Virus record (IMG/VR): IMGVR_UViG_3300033420_000010 | Coordinates: 1 to 45,901 of that record | Direction: 5' to 3' (one strand) | DNA: 45,901 bases | DNA from: a virus | Taxonomy: Duplodnaviria; Caudoviricetes | In this document: positions 25,902 to 34,958 of the stretch, one piece after another | Position numbering within the stretch: position 1 is the first letter of the stretch | Layout: each line of letters opens with the position of its first letter | Made by a program: the position numbers and the translations under genes | Notes under the pieces: generated by a model | What the model was told of the DNA's origin: nothing | Databases searched by the model: none | What the model saw: only the letters and a program-made list of their open reading frames with translations

Positions 25902-26408
25902 TTACAATTTAAAGATACTTAGCATGTAACTATCTGTGATATTGCTATAGCTTATATTAAAATATAAGGGTGAGTAATCTTCTATATTTGGTAAGGTTTT
26001 ACTTAACGTAAACTTGCCAGGTATATTAAAGAATCTCAACTCTTTTAAGTTCTCATTTATGTCTAGTATTTTGTTAACATATCCGTTAGTGATTACTGTG
26101 ATATACTGAATATCCGTAATAAGTTTTTGTGTCTTTATTCCATCTTTGAACTTCTTATACTGATAATATAATTCATTCATAAGCGCAGGAAATATAACTG
26201 GTTCTATATTTTTTTCCCTTATATGTGTATATATGTTGTCTTTTAAAGTTTTAAAGTCTATATCGTAGTTTTCTTTGATTAAGCTTAATGAGTAGTTGTA
26301 TGCCAGTAAGTGATTAACAAAGCATTTTTTAAGACACTCATCTAACTCTTTATCTGCTACTATTTCACCGTAGTAGATATTTTCCTTCATTTTAGTCTTG
26401 ACCATCAT
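25902..26408 (-). CDS. Probable TnpB-derived WED/REC-only protein with no RuvC domain
   Basis: Collinear similarity to the N-terminal half of the two TnpBs in this window; likely start at 26390, just after the upstream stop. Confidence 0.55.
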   Translation of the reverse strand: MMVKTKMKENIYYGEIVADKELDECLKKCFVNHLLAYNYSLSLIKENYDIDFKTLKDNIYTHIREKNIEPVIFPALMNELYYQYKKFKDGIKTQKLITDIQYITVITNGYVNKILDINENLKELRFFNIPGKFTLSKTLPNIEDYSPLYFNISYSNITDSYMLSIFKL

Positions 26409-26739
26409 CGTTATAACTCGTGAAGAGGTTGATGTCTTCAGTCACAGTTATCTCCTTGTCAGCAGCCGTTGTAATAGTGACAGATAGTTTCACATGTTTG
26501 ATGTTAATTACCTTTAGGAACCTAAAGAATATTTTAATACTCATTCTAGGTTTACTTATAGCGTTAAAGATATTAACTCTTGCAAAATGTGTCTGTGAGT
26601 TAACGACACCATTTGCGTTGCTTATTACAAACTTATCTATCAGTAATTTGAGTTTATAGGAGTCTATCTTGGCAGCTATAAGTATTTTAGTCTTAAGTCT
26701 AACAAGAACTCCTTCTGGTGTATTAGATACTTCGCTCAT
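26392..26739 (-). CDS. Conserved phiKZ-like small basic protein (possible HTH)
   Basis: G.L.RL...I ... N....I....M..K.F...L pattern; AGGAG RBS. Confidence 0.6.
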   Translation of the reverse strand: MSEVSNTPEGVLVRLKTKILIAAKIDSYKLKLLIDKFVISNANGVVNSQTHFARVNIFNAISKPRMSIKIFFRFLKVINIKHVKLSVTITTAADKEITVTEDINLFTSYNDDGQD

Positions 26740-26873
26740 CTCATGCTCCTTTGCCTTAAAAAGGCGGTTATGGTGGTTTAAACTAGTAGTCTAAATGACA
26801 TATAGCTTATCTTTTACAATCTCTAAGTATACAACAAAATACTCATAAGTTTAATAGGCACAAGAACTCCTAC

Positions 26874-27446
26874 TTAAGCCATAAATAAATACAACTTATC
26901 TTGAACTATTTCAAAGTACAATGCAAAATACTCAGAAGAGCTATCTGCACTTTCTTCTTCTTTAAGCAAGAAATGTAAAACGTTACACTCTATACTGTCA
27001 AAGAGAATCTCTACAGCAGTAAAGACATCGTCCATGTTATCATAGACTTCTTCTTGACCCATACATAAATGAAGTCTCTCATACAAATCATCATAGAAAT
27101 AACCATTAAACTTACTTAAAGACTCTGTAGTTGTCTTATTAAACAATACATCATAGTAAGAACCTATCAAGATATGCTCTTGTAAGTAATTAGGTTTACC
27201 TCTACAAACTTTATCAATACAATCTATATTTTTACCAATATCAATCATTTCTGATAAATTTAAGTCTTTAAGACAAGTATAAGAGTTAGCGTAAATACTA
27301 AACAAACTATATATAAAATTAATGTGACTATAGTCTCCTCTAAGGATAAGACTATTGAGTATATTTTTAATTTTATCAGTAACACAGATACTATCTATGA
27401 TATCTTTGATACTTGCGTTACTGATACTTATTATTTTTAGTTTCAT
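26874..27446 (-). CDS. Hypothetical protein
   Basis: 190-aa ORF in the operon downstream of dCMP deaminase. Confidence 0.65.
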   Translation of the reverse strand: MKLKIISISNASIKDIIDSICVTDKIKNILNSLILRGDYSHINFIYSLFSIYANSYTCLKDLNLSEMIDIGKNIDCIDKVCRGKPNYLQEHILIGSYYDVLFNKTTTESLSKFNGYFYDDLYERLHLCMGQEEVYDNMDDVFTAVEILFDSIECNVLHFLLKEEESADSSSEYFALYFEIVQDKLYLFMA

Positions 27447-27451
27447 GTAAA

Positions 27452-28015
27452 CTACCTTGTGAAAAGCATAATAGGCCTGTTACCAGGGGCTAATTCAAAT
27501 CTACATGTCTTAATGTTCAAAGAGATGCAGTGCGTGTAGAACATGTCCACTAACTTGATCAAGATATCGTTAAACTTGTCACTGTTACTACAATAGATTC
27601 TGTCAACGTAGTAACTCAACTTCTTTACAAAGATATTTTCTATAGACATGTAGTCAACGTTCATCTCATCTATACTAAATACCTCTCGAATAACTTCATT
27701 AATGTAATGTGGAAAGATGTACAAGTTCTTACTGTACTGTTTACTTTGTATCAAATTAATAATTCCATTTAGATTATTATACCCGACATACCTATAAACA
27801 TCGTTTAATATAATCTTATCGATTGTGTACATTAGTTTAATACCAAGCTTAGAGTATAACTCATCAGTACACACTGCATTAATGTACCTCTCCTCTATTA
27901 AGTCACTTACTAGTAACTGCATAAAGCTTAAGTAGTTATCGTTGATGTACTCACGACTGAGCTCTTTCATTAAGATATTATTTTCTTCTTTAGGTAAGTA
28001 TAATACATTTAGCAT
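27452..28015 (-). CDS. Hypothetical protein
   Basis: 187-aa ORF, AAGGA RBS. Confidence 0.65.
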   Translation of the reverse strand: MLNVLYLPKEENNILMKELSREYINDNYLSFMQLLVSDLIEERYINAVCTDELYSKLGIKLMYTIDKIILNDVYRYVGYNNLNGIINLIQSKQYSKNLYIFPHYINEVIREVFSIDEMNVDYMSIENIFVKKLSYYVDRIYCSNSDKFNDILIKLVDMFYTHCISLNIKTCRFELAPGNRPIMLFTR

Positions 28016-28049
28016 CGTATATCCTTTTCTAAAACTTCACAGCTAAGAA

Positions 28050-28445
28050 TTAACATATCTTTCTTATAGTTTTGTTGAACACATTAATATACCCATTATC
28101 GTCTATAGTAAGACTAAATAAGTTAAACTTCTTAGCATCATACTTCATATCTATAAATTCATCTATATATATGTTTAAATCAAGAAAGATATATGTATGA
28201 GTATCTAAAGCAATCTCCTGAAGTAACTCAGGTAAAGCACACTTCTTATTAATAAGATATGACAAGTACTGCTGATAAATACTATCTTCTACAATCACAT
28301 TTTCTAATATATCACCCTTAGTCATGTTGTACAAACACAAGTTTACAACTAAGCACTTATAGAAAATATCCTTATACTTAAAGTAGTTATTGTTAATCTC
28401 TCTTTTAAGGTTGTTTACATTAACCTTTAAAACATGAGTTCGCAC
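28050..28445 (-). CDS. Hypothetical protein
   Basis: 131-aa ORF, GTG start after AAGGAG. Confidence 0.6.
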   Translation of the reverse strand: MRTHVLKVNVNNLKREINNNYFKYKDIFYKCLVVNLCLYNMTKGDILENVIVEDSIYQQYLSYLINKKCALPELLQEIALDTHTYIFLDLNIYIDEFIDMKYDAKKFNLFSLTIDDNGYINVFNKTIRKIC

Positions 28446-28460
28446 TACGACTCTCCTTTT

Positions 28461-28889
28461 TTAAACGAACAAGACTTGTGTGTTAGATTGATTAAACAAG
28501 TCTGTAGCTATAGCTATTTCTTGAGACCATTTCCTGTTAAACTCACCTTGCATACAAGAGTGATCAACATAGACTTCTTTTATACCCACTTGAATGATCT
28601 TAGCAGCACACCTAGCACATGGGTGATGTGTCACATAGATCTTACATCCATTCAAATCTCTGTTAGCAAAGAGTAGACTATTTTCTTCAGCATGAATAAC
28701 TCGACTAAGTCTATCTTCTCTATCAGAGCTATATGTATCTACTACACCACTAGGCAGTCCATTAAACCCAACAGAGATAACTCTGTTTTTCTGATCAGTG
28801 ATAACAGAGCCAACTTTACTACCAGGGTACTTACTCCACAACCCAACCATAGTAGCCATTTCAATAAACCTTTTATTCCACTTAGACAT
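28461..28889 (-). CDS. dCMP deaminase
   Basis: KVGSVI, GFNG.P.G, HAEEN and PCARC zinc motifs. Confidence 0.92.
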   Translation of the reverse strand: MSKWNKRFIEMATMVGLWSKYPGSKVGSVITDQKNRVISVGFNGLPSGVVDTYSSDREDRLSRVIHAEENSLLFANRDLNGCKIYVTHHPCARCAAKIIQVGIKEVYVDHSCMQGEFNRKWSQEIAIATDLFNQSNTQVLFV

Positions 28890-28921
28890 AGCTCTCTCCT
28901 TTGAAAATAAACAGAGTGTAC

Positions 28922-28939
28922 ACAGTTACTATATATGTA
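28922..28939 (-). promoter_or_regulatory. Putative phage promoter TACATATATA-N5-TGT
   Basis: One of four intergenic copies, all on the minus strand upstream of an RBS and ATG. Confidence 0.65.
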
Positions 28940-29094
28940 GTTAACATACATTCAGAAGTAACTCTTAAACGCACTAGAACACTCTTAGAACGATTTAAAG
29001 TACTTCTTCCATACCATCTACTCATTTATTAAAATAAGTTGTTGTAGCGTGTTTTACTCAGTTGTCAACTTCTCTCTATTATATAGCTCTGACT

Positions 29095-29158
29095 AAAAAA
29101 GAAAAAGAGCACAAAGCTCTTTTTCCATCACTTCTACACCTAAGCGTAGAAGTGATGA
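29095..29158 (-). terminator. Two tandem hairpins, the last followed by a T-run on the minus strand
   Basis: catcacttctac/gtagaagtgatg and gaaaaagagc/gctctttttc, preceded by an A-run on the plus strand. Confidence 0.65.
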
Positions 29159-29167
29159 TCCCCAAAG

Positions 29168-29207
29168 TTGACATCCTCCCCGGCCTTCAGGCCGGGGAGG
29201 ATGTCAA
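29168..29207. mobile_element. Orphan palindrome made of two back-to-back IS200/IS605 right-end tips
   Basis: ttgacatcctccccggcc-ttca-ggccggggaggatgtcaa; the last 30 nt equal the reverse complement of 38213-38242. Confidence 0.8.
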
Positions 29208-29276
29208 TCATCTATACTCCTAATTAACAAACACTACCCACAATCGTTATGCTTGTGAAAAAAGCAGTGTATATAT

Positions 29277-29294
29277 ACAATAGATATATATGTA
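29277..29294 (-). promoter_or_regulatory. Putative phage promoter TACATATATA-N5-TGT
   Basis: Exact motif match; leader homologous to 39705-39790. Confidence 0.65.
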
Positions 29295-29379
29295 GCCCAG
29301 ATTAATTCCAACACTATCATTTTCTCTTTTTTACTAACACTTGGATAGTATGAAACAACCCACAAATAAGGATACCATC

Positions 29380-30009
29380 ATGCAATCCAGTAAAGTGCTC
29401 TACAGCGAACAAGATAACGTTGATCTCAATAACACCATCAGTGACTTTCAACCTCAAGTCATCAATGTCAATAACAATGACCTCTACGAGAGTATTAAAC
29501 GAGTTTTTAATGAAGGTCAATCCGTTAAACGAGAAGAGAAGTATTTCACACCTTTCTCTTCTAAGTATATCTATAACATCGATAACACTATCTTCTCACC
29601 TAATACACTTGTGATGCTCTCAGGTAAAAGGTTTGACGAGAAGTATTTAAAGCAGTTAGAGTCGATTATCTTCACTGATAAAGAAGAGTTAAACACTGAT
29701 CAGTTATTTTCCTTAGTGTATCTCTTTAGTTTTATTAATAAGAAACAGTATCCTATTAAGATCACTAGCAGTAAGTTTATTAGGATGCTTCCTAATGTTG
29801 TTAACGGTTTGAACTTTTTCTTCAATAAGAATTATTCAGTGGTCTATTCAATTTATACAATGTTTACGTCAATTAAGGATACAGAAAAAGAAGCAGCTGA
29901 AGCTAATGCTAAAGAACTTACAAAAAAAGACATTGAGTATAAAATGGCTGTAGATGCTTTAAGCAAATATCCACTACCAACTACTAGCTATTATCTAGAG
30001 GAAGAATGA
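29380..30009 (+). CDS. Hypothetical protein
   Basis: ATG at 29380 after AAGGA (ORF track 29341); first gene of the RNase H operon. Confidence 0.6.
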   Translation: MQSSKVLYSEQDNVDLNNTISDFQPQVINVNNNDLYESIKRVFNEGQSVKREEKYFTPFSSKYIYNIDNTIFSPNTLVMLSGKRFDEKYLKQLESIIFTDKEELNTDQLFSLVYLFSFINKKQYPIKITSSKFIRMLPNVVNGLNFFFNKNYSVVYSIYTMFTSIKDTEKEAAEANAKELTKKDIEYKMAVDALSKYPLPTTSYYLEEE

Positions 30010-30686
30010 TGTCCAGATTAATTAATACAGAAAAACCTATAGTAGAATTCTTGTGCACAGAAGTTGGATTAAATTGCGAAGAAGATACTTTAGATTATAT
30101 ATCAAAAAATCCAGATGTTATCTTCTTAGACTTCTATGAGTTCTTGAAAACTCAGTCTCCTAAATCTATATTTTCAGCTAAGGTTTTAGAAAACACTTCT
30201 TTAGAGTATAGGGATATTGGTGTGAAGTATATTGAACTTGTCAGAGTTGTTAATGAATACTACAAACATATATATCAAACAGCTACAACCCCTAGTAACT
30301 GGGGTAAGAAAATAGTGTGTAACTATAGCATAGCAAACACTTTAACCCTAGGTGTTTTTGTTAAATTAGCATGTAACCAAAACACAAACTTTAATCCTTT
30401 TAATTATAAAAACTTCAAAAAAGTAAACTTAGAAGCCGGTGATATAATTAATAAGTTTTTAGAGCTAACGCACACTAGATTGATTGTTTCTAACTATTGT
30501 GAAAGCTTTAGTCAATATGTTTTAAAAAGAAACTTTCTTGGTAAACCTACTATCAAGAGTCCTTTTGAAGAAATACTTTTAGCTAATAGTCTTCTTGGCA
30601 CAGCTGGTTTCATTGTAAAAAGAGAAGGTCTAATTCAAAACAACAGTATTTTGTATTGTTTTTTCGATGAGATCTCGGTAATTTAG
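30006..30686 (+). CDS. Hypothetical protein
   Basis: 226-aa ORF, ATGA overlap. Confidence 0.65.
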   Translation: MMSRLINTEKPIVEFLCTEVGLNCEEDTLDYISKNPDVIFLDFYEFLKTQSPKSIFSAKVLENTSLEYRDIGVKYIELVRVVNEYYKHIYQTATTPSNWGKKIVCNYSIANTLTLGVFVKLACNQNTNFNPFNYKNFKKVNLEAGDIINKFLELTHTRLIVSNYCESFSQYVLKRNFLGKPTIKSPFEEILLANSLLGTAGFIVKREGLIQNNSILYCFFDEISVI

Positions 30687-30699
30687 AAAGAAGGTTTTT

Positions 30700-32145
30700 G
30701 TGTCTAATAATAACAATGTAAATCATGCAGTTTATTATTGTGATGGTTCTTGTAGACCTAATCCAGGTTACTCTGGTTCAGGAGTTTTCGGTTATATTTA
30801 TAAAGAAGTTAAGAAGTCTAGAAGTTTTAAGCACCCCTTTCACGCAACTCTCTTCTTTACTGAAGAAGGTATACTACCAACAAGGGGTCAAGTAGAATTA
30901 GAAGTAACACATATTGTAGAGATTATTAAGTGTATTAATAACCCTACTAGCACCAATAACGAAGCAGAATTAGTAGCAACTCTAGAGGCTATTAAACACG
31001 CTTCAACTTTACCAGATCTTAAATCTATCACAATCTACACCGATAGTAATTATATCGTATCAGCTTACAATGAAAATATAGACAAATGGAAACTCAATAA
31101 TTGGCAAAGGATAGATAACAAACCAATAGTTCATATTAAAGAGTGGATGCTCATAGACGACTACAATAGAGTACTAAGTGAGTCTGGTATTGATCTTAAA
31201 ATTATCTGGGTTAAGGGTCATAGTGACTCTTACTGTAACAACATCTCTGACACCTATTCAGTTATAGCATCTAATGCATCAAGAATTCAGTTTGAAGAAA
31301 AAACAGAACCTTTTTGTGAGACTGTGCTGAATCAGTGTATCACCTTTGATGAGTTTAAGAAGTCTTTTGCTGACAAAGACTTTATTTATTTCTTTAGAGA
31401 CTTGTATTTCAGTTCTGGTGATATAGACGATACAAACTACTGTTTCCTTACTAACTCAGAGAACCCTCTTATGATCGGTAAGAAAAACACAGAGTCTATC
31501 TTTGTAGCCAACACTGGATATGTTCCTTCACTTATATCTTCTGTTAAAAAACTGTATAGAAACATACCTAGAAACTATGTTACAACTTGTTGTATAAAAC
31601 TCTCTAAATTAGATAACAAAGATTTCTTTAGGCTTACTAACTATATAGATATTAAGTATCTTGTTGTTAAGTCTAAATCTAGTCACTCTAATACGTATAG
31701 CATTGTTAATGATACTACACCTTTTATCTTAGAAAATAGAGCAGACTTTCCTTTTATTGTGAACGCAAGTAGTCTATTTAATAGGATGGCTGAGATTGAG
31801 TCAGACTTAACAGAGTTTAATAATAATTTATATGTGTATGACATTACAGATAAACTAATTAAAGACAATAAGTTTATACTTAGCAATAAAGATAAAAATT
31901 TAGATTTTAGCACAGTAGTAGAAAAAGATATTCGTTTTAAGCAAAAACTCATTGTCACTATTGGATATGATATACCAAGCTTTCTTGCTATGAAAAATAT
32001 TGAGAAAGAAATTGACAAGATATTAATGATTGTAGAGACTAAACCTGATAGCAACTTTTGTACAGTTTATTTTAACTTTGTTACCACCACAAGAAACATT
32101 TACACAGTAAATATAGAAAACAAGTATCTTCGACTAACGTACTAG
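30700..32145 (+). CDS. rnhA: Ribonuclease HI with C-terminal extension (phiKZ-like)
   Basis: YCDGSCRPNPG, TNNEAEL.A, TDSNY, WVKGHS, N..SD catalytic motifs. Confidence 0.9.
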   Translation: MSNNNNVNHAVYYCDGSCRPNPGYSGSGVFGYIYKEVKKSRSFKHPFHATLFFTEEGILPTRGQVELEVTHIVEIIKCINNPTSTNNEAELVATLEAIKHASTLPDLKSITIYTDSNYIVSAYNENIDKWKLNNWQRIDNKPIVHIKEWMLIDDYNRVLSESGIDLKIIWVKGHSDSYCNNISDTYSVIASNASRIQFEEKTEPFCETVLNQCITFDEFKKSFADKDFIYFFRDLYFSSGDIDDTNYCFLTNSENPLMIGKKNTESIFVANTGYVPSLISSVKKLYRNIPRNYVTTCCIKLSKLDNKDFFRLTNYIDIKYLVVKSKSSHSNTYSIVNDTTPFILENRADFPFIVNASSLFNRMAEIESDLTEFNNNLYVYDITDKLIKDNKFILSNKDKNLDFSTVVEKDIRFKQKLIVTIGYDIPSFLAMKNIEKEIDKILMIVETKPDSNFCTVYFNFVTTTRNIYTVNIENKYLRLTY

Positions 32146-32214
32146 TCACAACAGCACTTTGTAAAATAAATATACTGAGGTGCTCTTCTTTAACTCTTCC
32201 TAAAGGAATTTAAC

Positions 32215-32889
32215 ATGTCTATTTTGAATCCAATCGTCTCCAAGTTCAGCTTAACTGCTGGTGCTCCGCAAGAGGTTTATTTCTGCCCAGCAGGTAAAAC
32301 TCATGCCATTCTTGATCTTACCTTTTTTAAGGATAATAGCAATGGTGACTCTCTGATCGCTGTAGCTTTATCCTCAGAAGCTAACCCAGCTAATTTGACT
32401 AGTGTTGATTATTTCATTGACGATATTCAGCTTATTGGTATTGTTAATTCAGCTGAGCTTAATAAAGTTGTGGTTGGTGTCGGTGAGCGTCTGTACGTTA
32501 TGGTTATGTCTGGTCCAGATGTTGTTGCTCGTGTATCTGGTGTTGAGGAAAACAATCCTAAGGTTCTAAAAGCTGGTCGTCTTGCTGCTTTGAATATTCC
32601 TGGTACGTCTCAGATCCAAGTTTATTCTAACGCTATCCCTAATACAGCTTATATCTCTGCATCTATTACTATTTTCAACAACTCTACAACTCTACCCGCA
32701 GCTGTACAAGGTTGGATTGGTTCTAACGCAGTGCCAACAGCAAACGATAAAATCATGAATGTATCTATTCCTGCTAACGATACTACTATTATTGAAAACG
32801 TGTTGATGGCTCCTAATGAGAAAATTTTCATTCAGTCAGACACCGTTAACACAGAATGCTTTATTAATGGAACTTGTGTTGGTGTTTGA
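32215..32889 (+). CDS. Putative virion protein with two tandem beta-sandwich-like domains
   Basis: Internal duplication: QEVY..P...NKVVVGVGERLYV / QVY....ENVLMAPNEKIFI. Confidence 0.55.
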   Translation: MSILNPIVSKFSLTAGAPQEVYFCPAGKTHAILDLTFFKDNSNGDSLIAVALSSEANPANLTSVDYFIDDIQLIGIVNSAELNKVVVGVGERLYVMVMSGPDVVARVSGVEENNPKVLKAGRLAALNIPGTSQIQVYSNAIPNTAYISASITIFNNSTTLPAAVQGWIGSNAVPTANDKIMNVSIPANDTTIIENVLMAPNEKIFIQSDTVNTECFINGTCVGV

Positions 32890-32934
32890 AAATATGATTA
32901 ATTCTAAGGTATTACCCTAATACTTTAATAGAAT

Positions 32935-32982
32935 ATCCACCCTATCGCTTAATTGTGATAGGGTGGATTCTTTTTTTTTTTT
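32935..32982 (+). terminator. Rho-independent terminator
   Basis: atccaccctatc/gatagggtggat followed by a T12 run. Confidence 0.85.
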
Positions 32983-33036
32983 AATAGATATCAAATGTTT
33001 TAGATAAGGAATTCCCTTAAAAGTCAAGGACCTAAT

Positions 33037-33705
33037 ATGTTTGAAGATCTAGAACTAGATAACTCTTTTAAAGTTGACAGTGTAACTAAACCAGAACCAA
33101 CACAAAGTAACAGTTTTAAACCCAATAACGGCGATGATTACAATAAGAAATTTTTTAAACCTAAGGAAGATGTTGTACAAGATCCTTATGTACCTGTAGC
33201 TATTTTCTGTGATAGGGATTTTCCTGATGAAGTAAAAACAAGTCTATTTAATATAGCTAGTAAACTGTTAGCTAAAAAGATCACTATAAGAGTTAATGGT
33301 GATGATAAAGACTTTGTTGATAAACTAAAAGGTTTATCTGATACACATCTAGAACTCTATATTCCCTGGAAGAATTTTAACGACATTGAATCTAAGTTTT
33401 ATTTTAATAGTTTAACTAGTAAGCATATAGCTGAATTACACTTTTCTGCTTGGGAAAAAATACCTGATGCAGTTAAAGCATTATTAGCAAGAAACGTTAG
33501 ATTGATTTTTGGTGAGAAAAATAACAGCGTTGCTCTTTGTGTTATTACTTGGAGTAAAGATGGTGCTAGTCGTGTGCCAGAGATTAGTAAAGAAACTGGT
33601 CGAGCTTCTTTTATTATTAAGGTCGCTTCTAGTTACGGATTTCCTGTTGTCAATATTACTAAACAAACTGCTGGTAATATTCTGGAAAAAACCTTTGGTA
33701 TCTAG
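33037..33705 (+). CDS. DprA/SLOG-like nucleotide-binding protein (divergent)
   Basis: ELYIPWKNFN, L.ARNV..I.G, VITWSKDG, TG......A..YG.PV.NI. Confidence 0.55.
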   Translation: MFEDLELDNSFKVDSVTKPEPTQSNSFKPNNGDDYNKKFFKPKEDVVQDPYVPVAIFCDRDFPDEVKTSLFNIASKLLAKKITIRVNGDDKDFVDKLKGLSDTHLELYIPWKNFNDIESKFYFNSLTSKHIAELHFSAWEKIPDAVKALLARNVRLIFGEKNNSVALCVITWSKDGASRVPEISKETGRASFIIKVASSYGFPVVNITKQTAGNILEKTFGI

Positions 33706-33722
33706 TTTTTAGGAGTTTTAAA

Positions 33723-34424
33723 ATGGCGAAAGACAAATACAATCAGTTTAACAAATTTAGCAGTAATAAACAACCTGTGGAACAAGTTACTGATGAACCT
33801 CCTTTATATGAGTTGATTCAAGACCCAGACACTGTTGAAGAAGAATCAGTTTCTCAAGAATCAATTCAAGAAGTTATCCCTCAACCGCAACCTGAAAGTA
33901 AACCTCAAATGGCACAAGAACAAGCACCCCAAGTTACAGAGCCTTCTTATACAAAAGAAATTCCTGTACAACCTCAAATTAAGAAAACACCAGAGCCTGT
34001 TAAATTTCTAGCAGTTCATCGTGTAGAGATGGAACTAAACAACTATCTAGAAGTTATGGGGTTAGGAAAACCTATTACTCCAGAACTTGGTGGAACTTGG
34101 CAGTATAGCTTATATCAGACTCTTAAGGGTATTTTTGCTGCTAAAGACCAAGTAACGTTTAACGCAGAGTGGGGTACTTTGTTACACTTCTTTGGTCAAA
34201 ATCAAGATAATGTGTTTAATGATAAATTCATGTTCAGGTTCCCAGAATACTGGAGTGGAAGTGCTAACGAATTTACACTATTTCGTCGTTTGATTTATGT
34301 GGCGATGGAAACTACTAATATTAAAACTCGTAAAAATGATATTAAAAATCTTAACCTAGATAAGGCTACAGAAGGTCTTCCAGAAGAACAAAAAAATAAA
34401 CTAATTAACTTCTATTCAGCTTAA
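33723..34424 (+). CDS. Conserved phiKZ-like protein with E/P/Q-rich disordered N-terminus
   Basis: 233-aa ORF, AGGAG RBS, helical C-terminal domain. Confidence 0.6.
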   Translation: MAKDKYNQFNKFSSNKQPVEQVTDEPPLYELIQDPDTVEEESVSQESIQEVIPQPQPESKPQMAQEQAPQVTEPSYTKEIPVQPQIKKTPEPVKFLAVHRVEMELNNYLEVMGLGKPITPELGGTWQYSLYQTLKGIFAAKDQVTFNAEWGTLLHFFGQNQDNVFNDKFMFRFPEYWSGSANEFTLFRRLIYVAMETTNIKTRKNDIKNLNLDKATEGLPEEQKNKLINFYSA

Positions 34425-34427
34425 AAG

Positions 34428-34470
34428 AGAACACATCCTGAACGCACCAAAACGCGTCAGGATGTGTTCT
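34428..34470. terminator. Bidirectional hairpin terminator
   Basis: agaacacatcctga/tcaggatgtgttct between convergent genes. Confidence 0.75.
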
Positions 34471-34474
34471 TAAA

Positions 34475-34843
34475 CTATTCTAAAACTTCTAATATAGTGT
34501 TACCTAGATCGTCGTCTATATAGACTTTATTAACTTCAAAGCTTACATTCACTAACTTACCAATTGTCTTGAACTCTTTACTTTTAGCAAAGCCTGCAAT
34601 ACTGTAGCAAATGAATATTCTTTGCGCGATGGGGTAATAAACAACAGCTACAGTTTTACTATGGTTACTAAATACTTGCATTGATTTAGTAAGGTTTGAC
34701 TTCTTACTATTCTTCTCTGCAATGAATTCAATAACATCATTATCCCAATCTTCTACTGAGAATAATGGTTTTTGCTGATACCAGGCAAAGACATTGAATT
34801 TCCTTTTGATCAAAGGGGTAACTTCTTTTTGAATTACAACCAT
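34475..34843 (-). CDS. Hypothetical (probably early) protein
   Basis: AAGGAG RBS before MVVIQ at 34843 (ORF track 34903); promoter motif upstream. Confidence 0.65.
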   Translation of the reverse strand: MVVIQKEVTPLIKRKFNVFAWYQQKPLFSVEDWDNDVIEFIAEKNSKKSNLTKSMQVFSNHSKTVAVVYYPIAQRIFICYSIAGFAKSKEFKTIGKLVNVSFEVNKVYIDDDLGNTILEVLE

Positions 34844-34879
34844 TTTAAAACTCCTTTTGTGAAAAATAAACAAACTCTT

Positions 34880-34897
34880 ACATCTAATATATATGTA
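34880..34897 (-). promoter_or_regulatory. Putative phage promoter TACATATATA-N5-TGT
   Basis: Exact motif match upstream of the start at 34843. Confidence 0.65.
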
Positions 34898-34958
34898 ACT
34901 CAATCCATTTCTAATACTTCTACAATATAGTGAAACACTAAAACAATAGGAATGCGTT

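Noticed and set aside
27666-27676. 11-nt match to the flank of the orphan palindrome (tcatctatact) as a guide target
   Set aside because: Short and AT-rich, with no TTAC-like motif next to it; expected by chance
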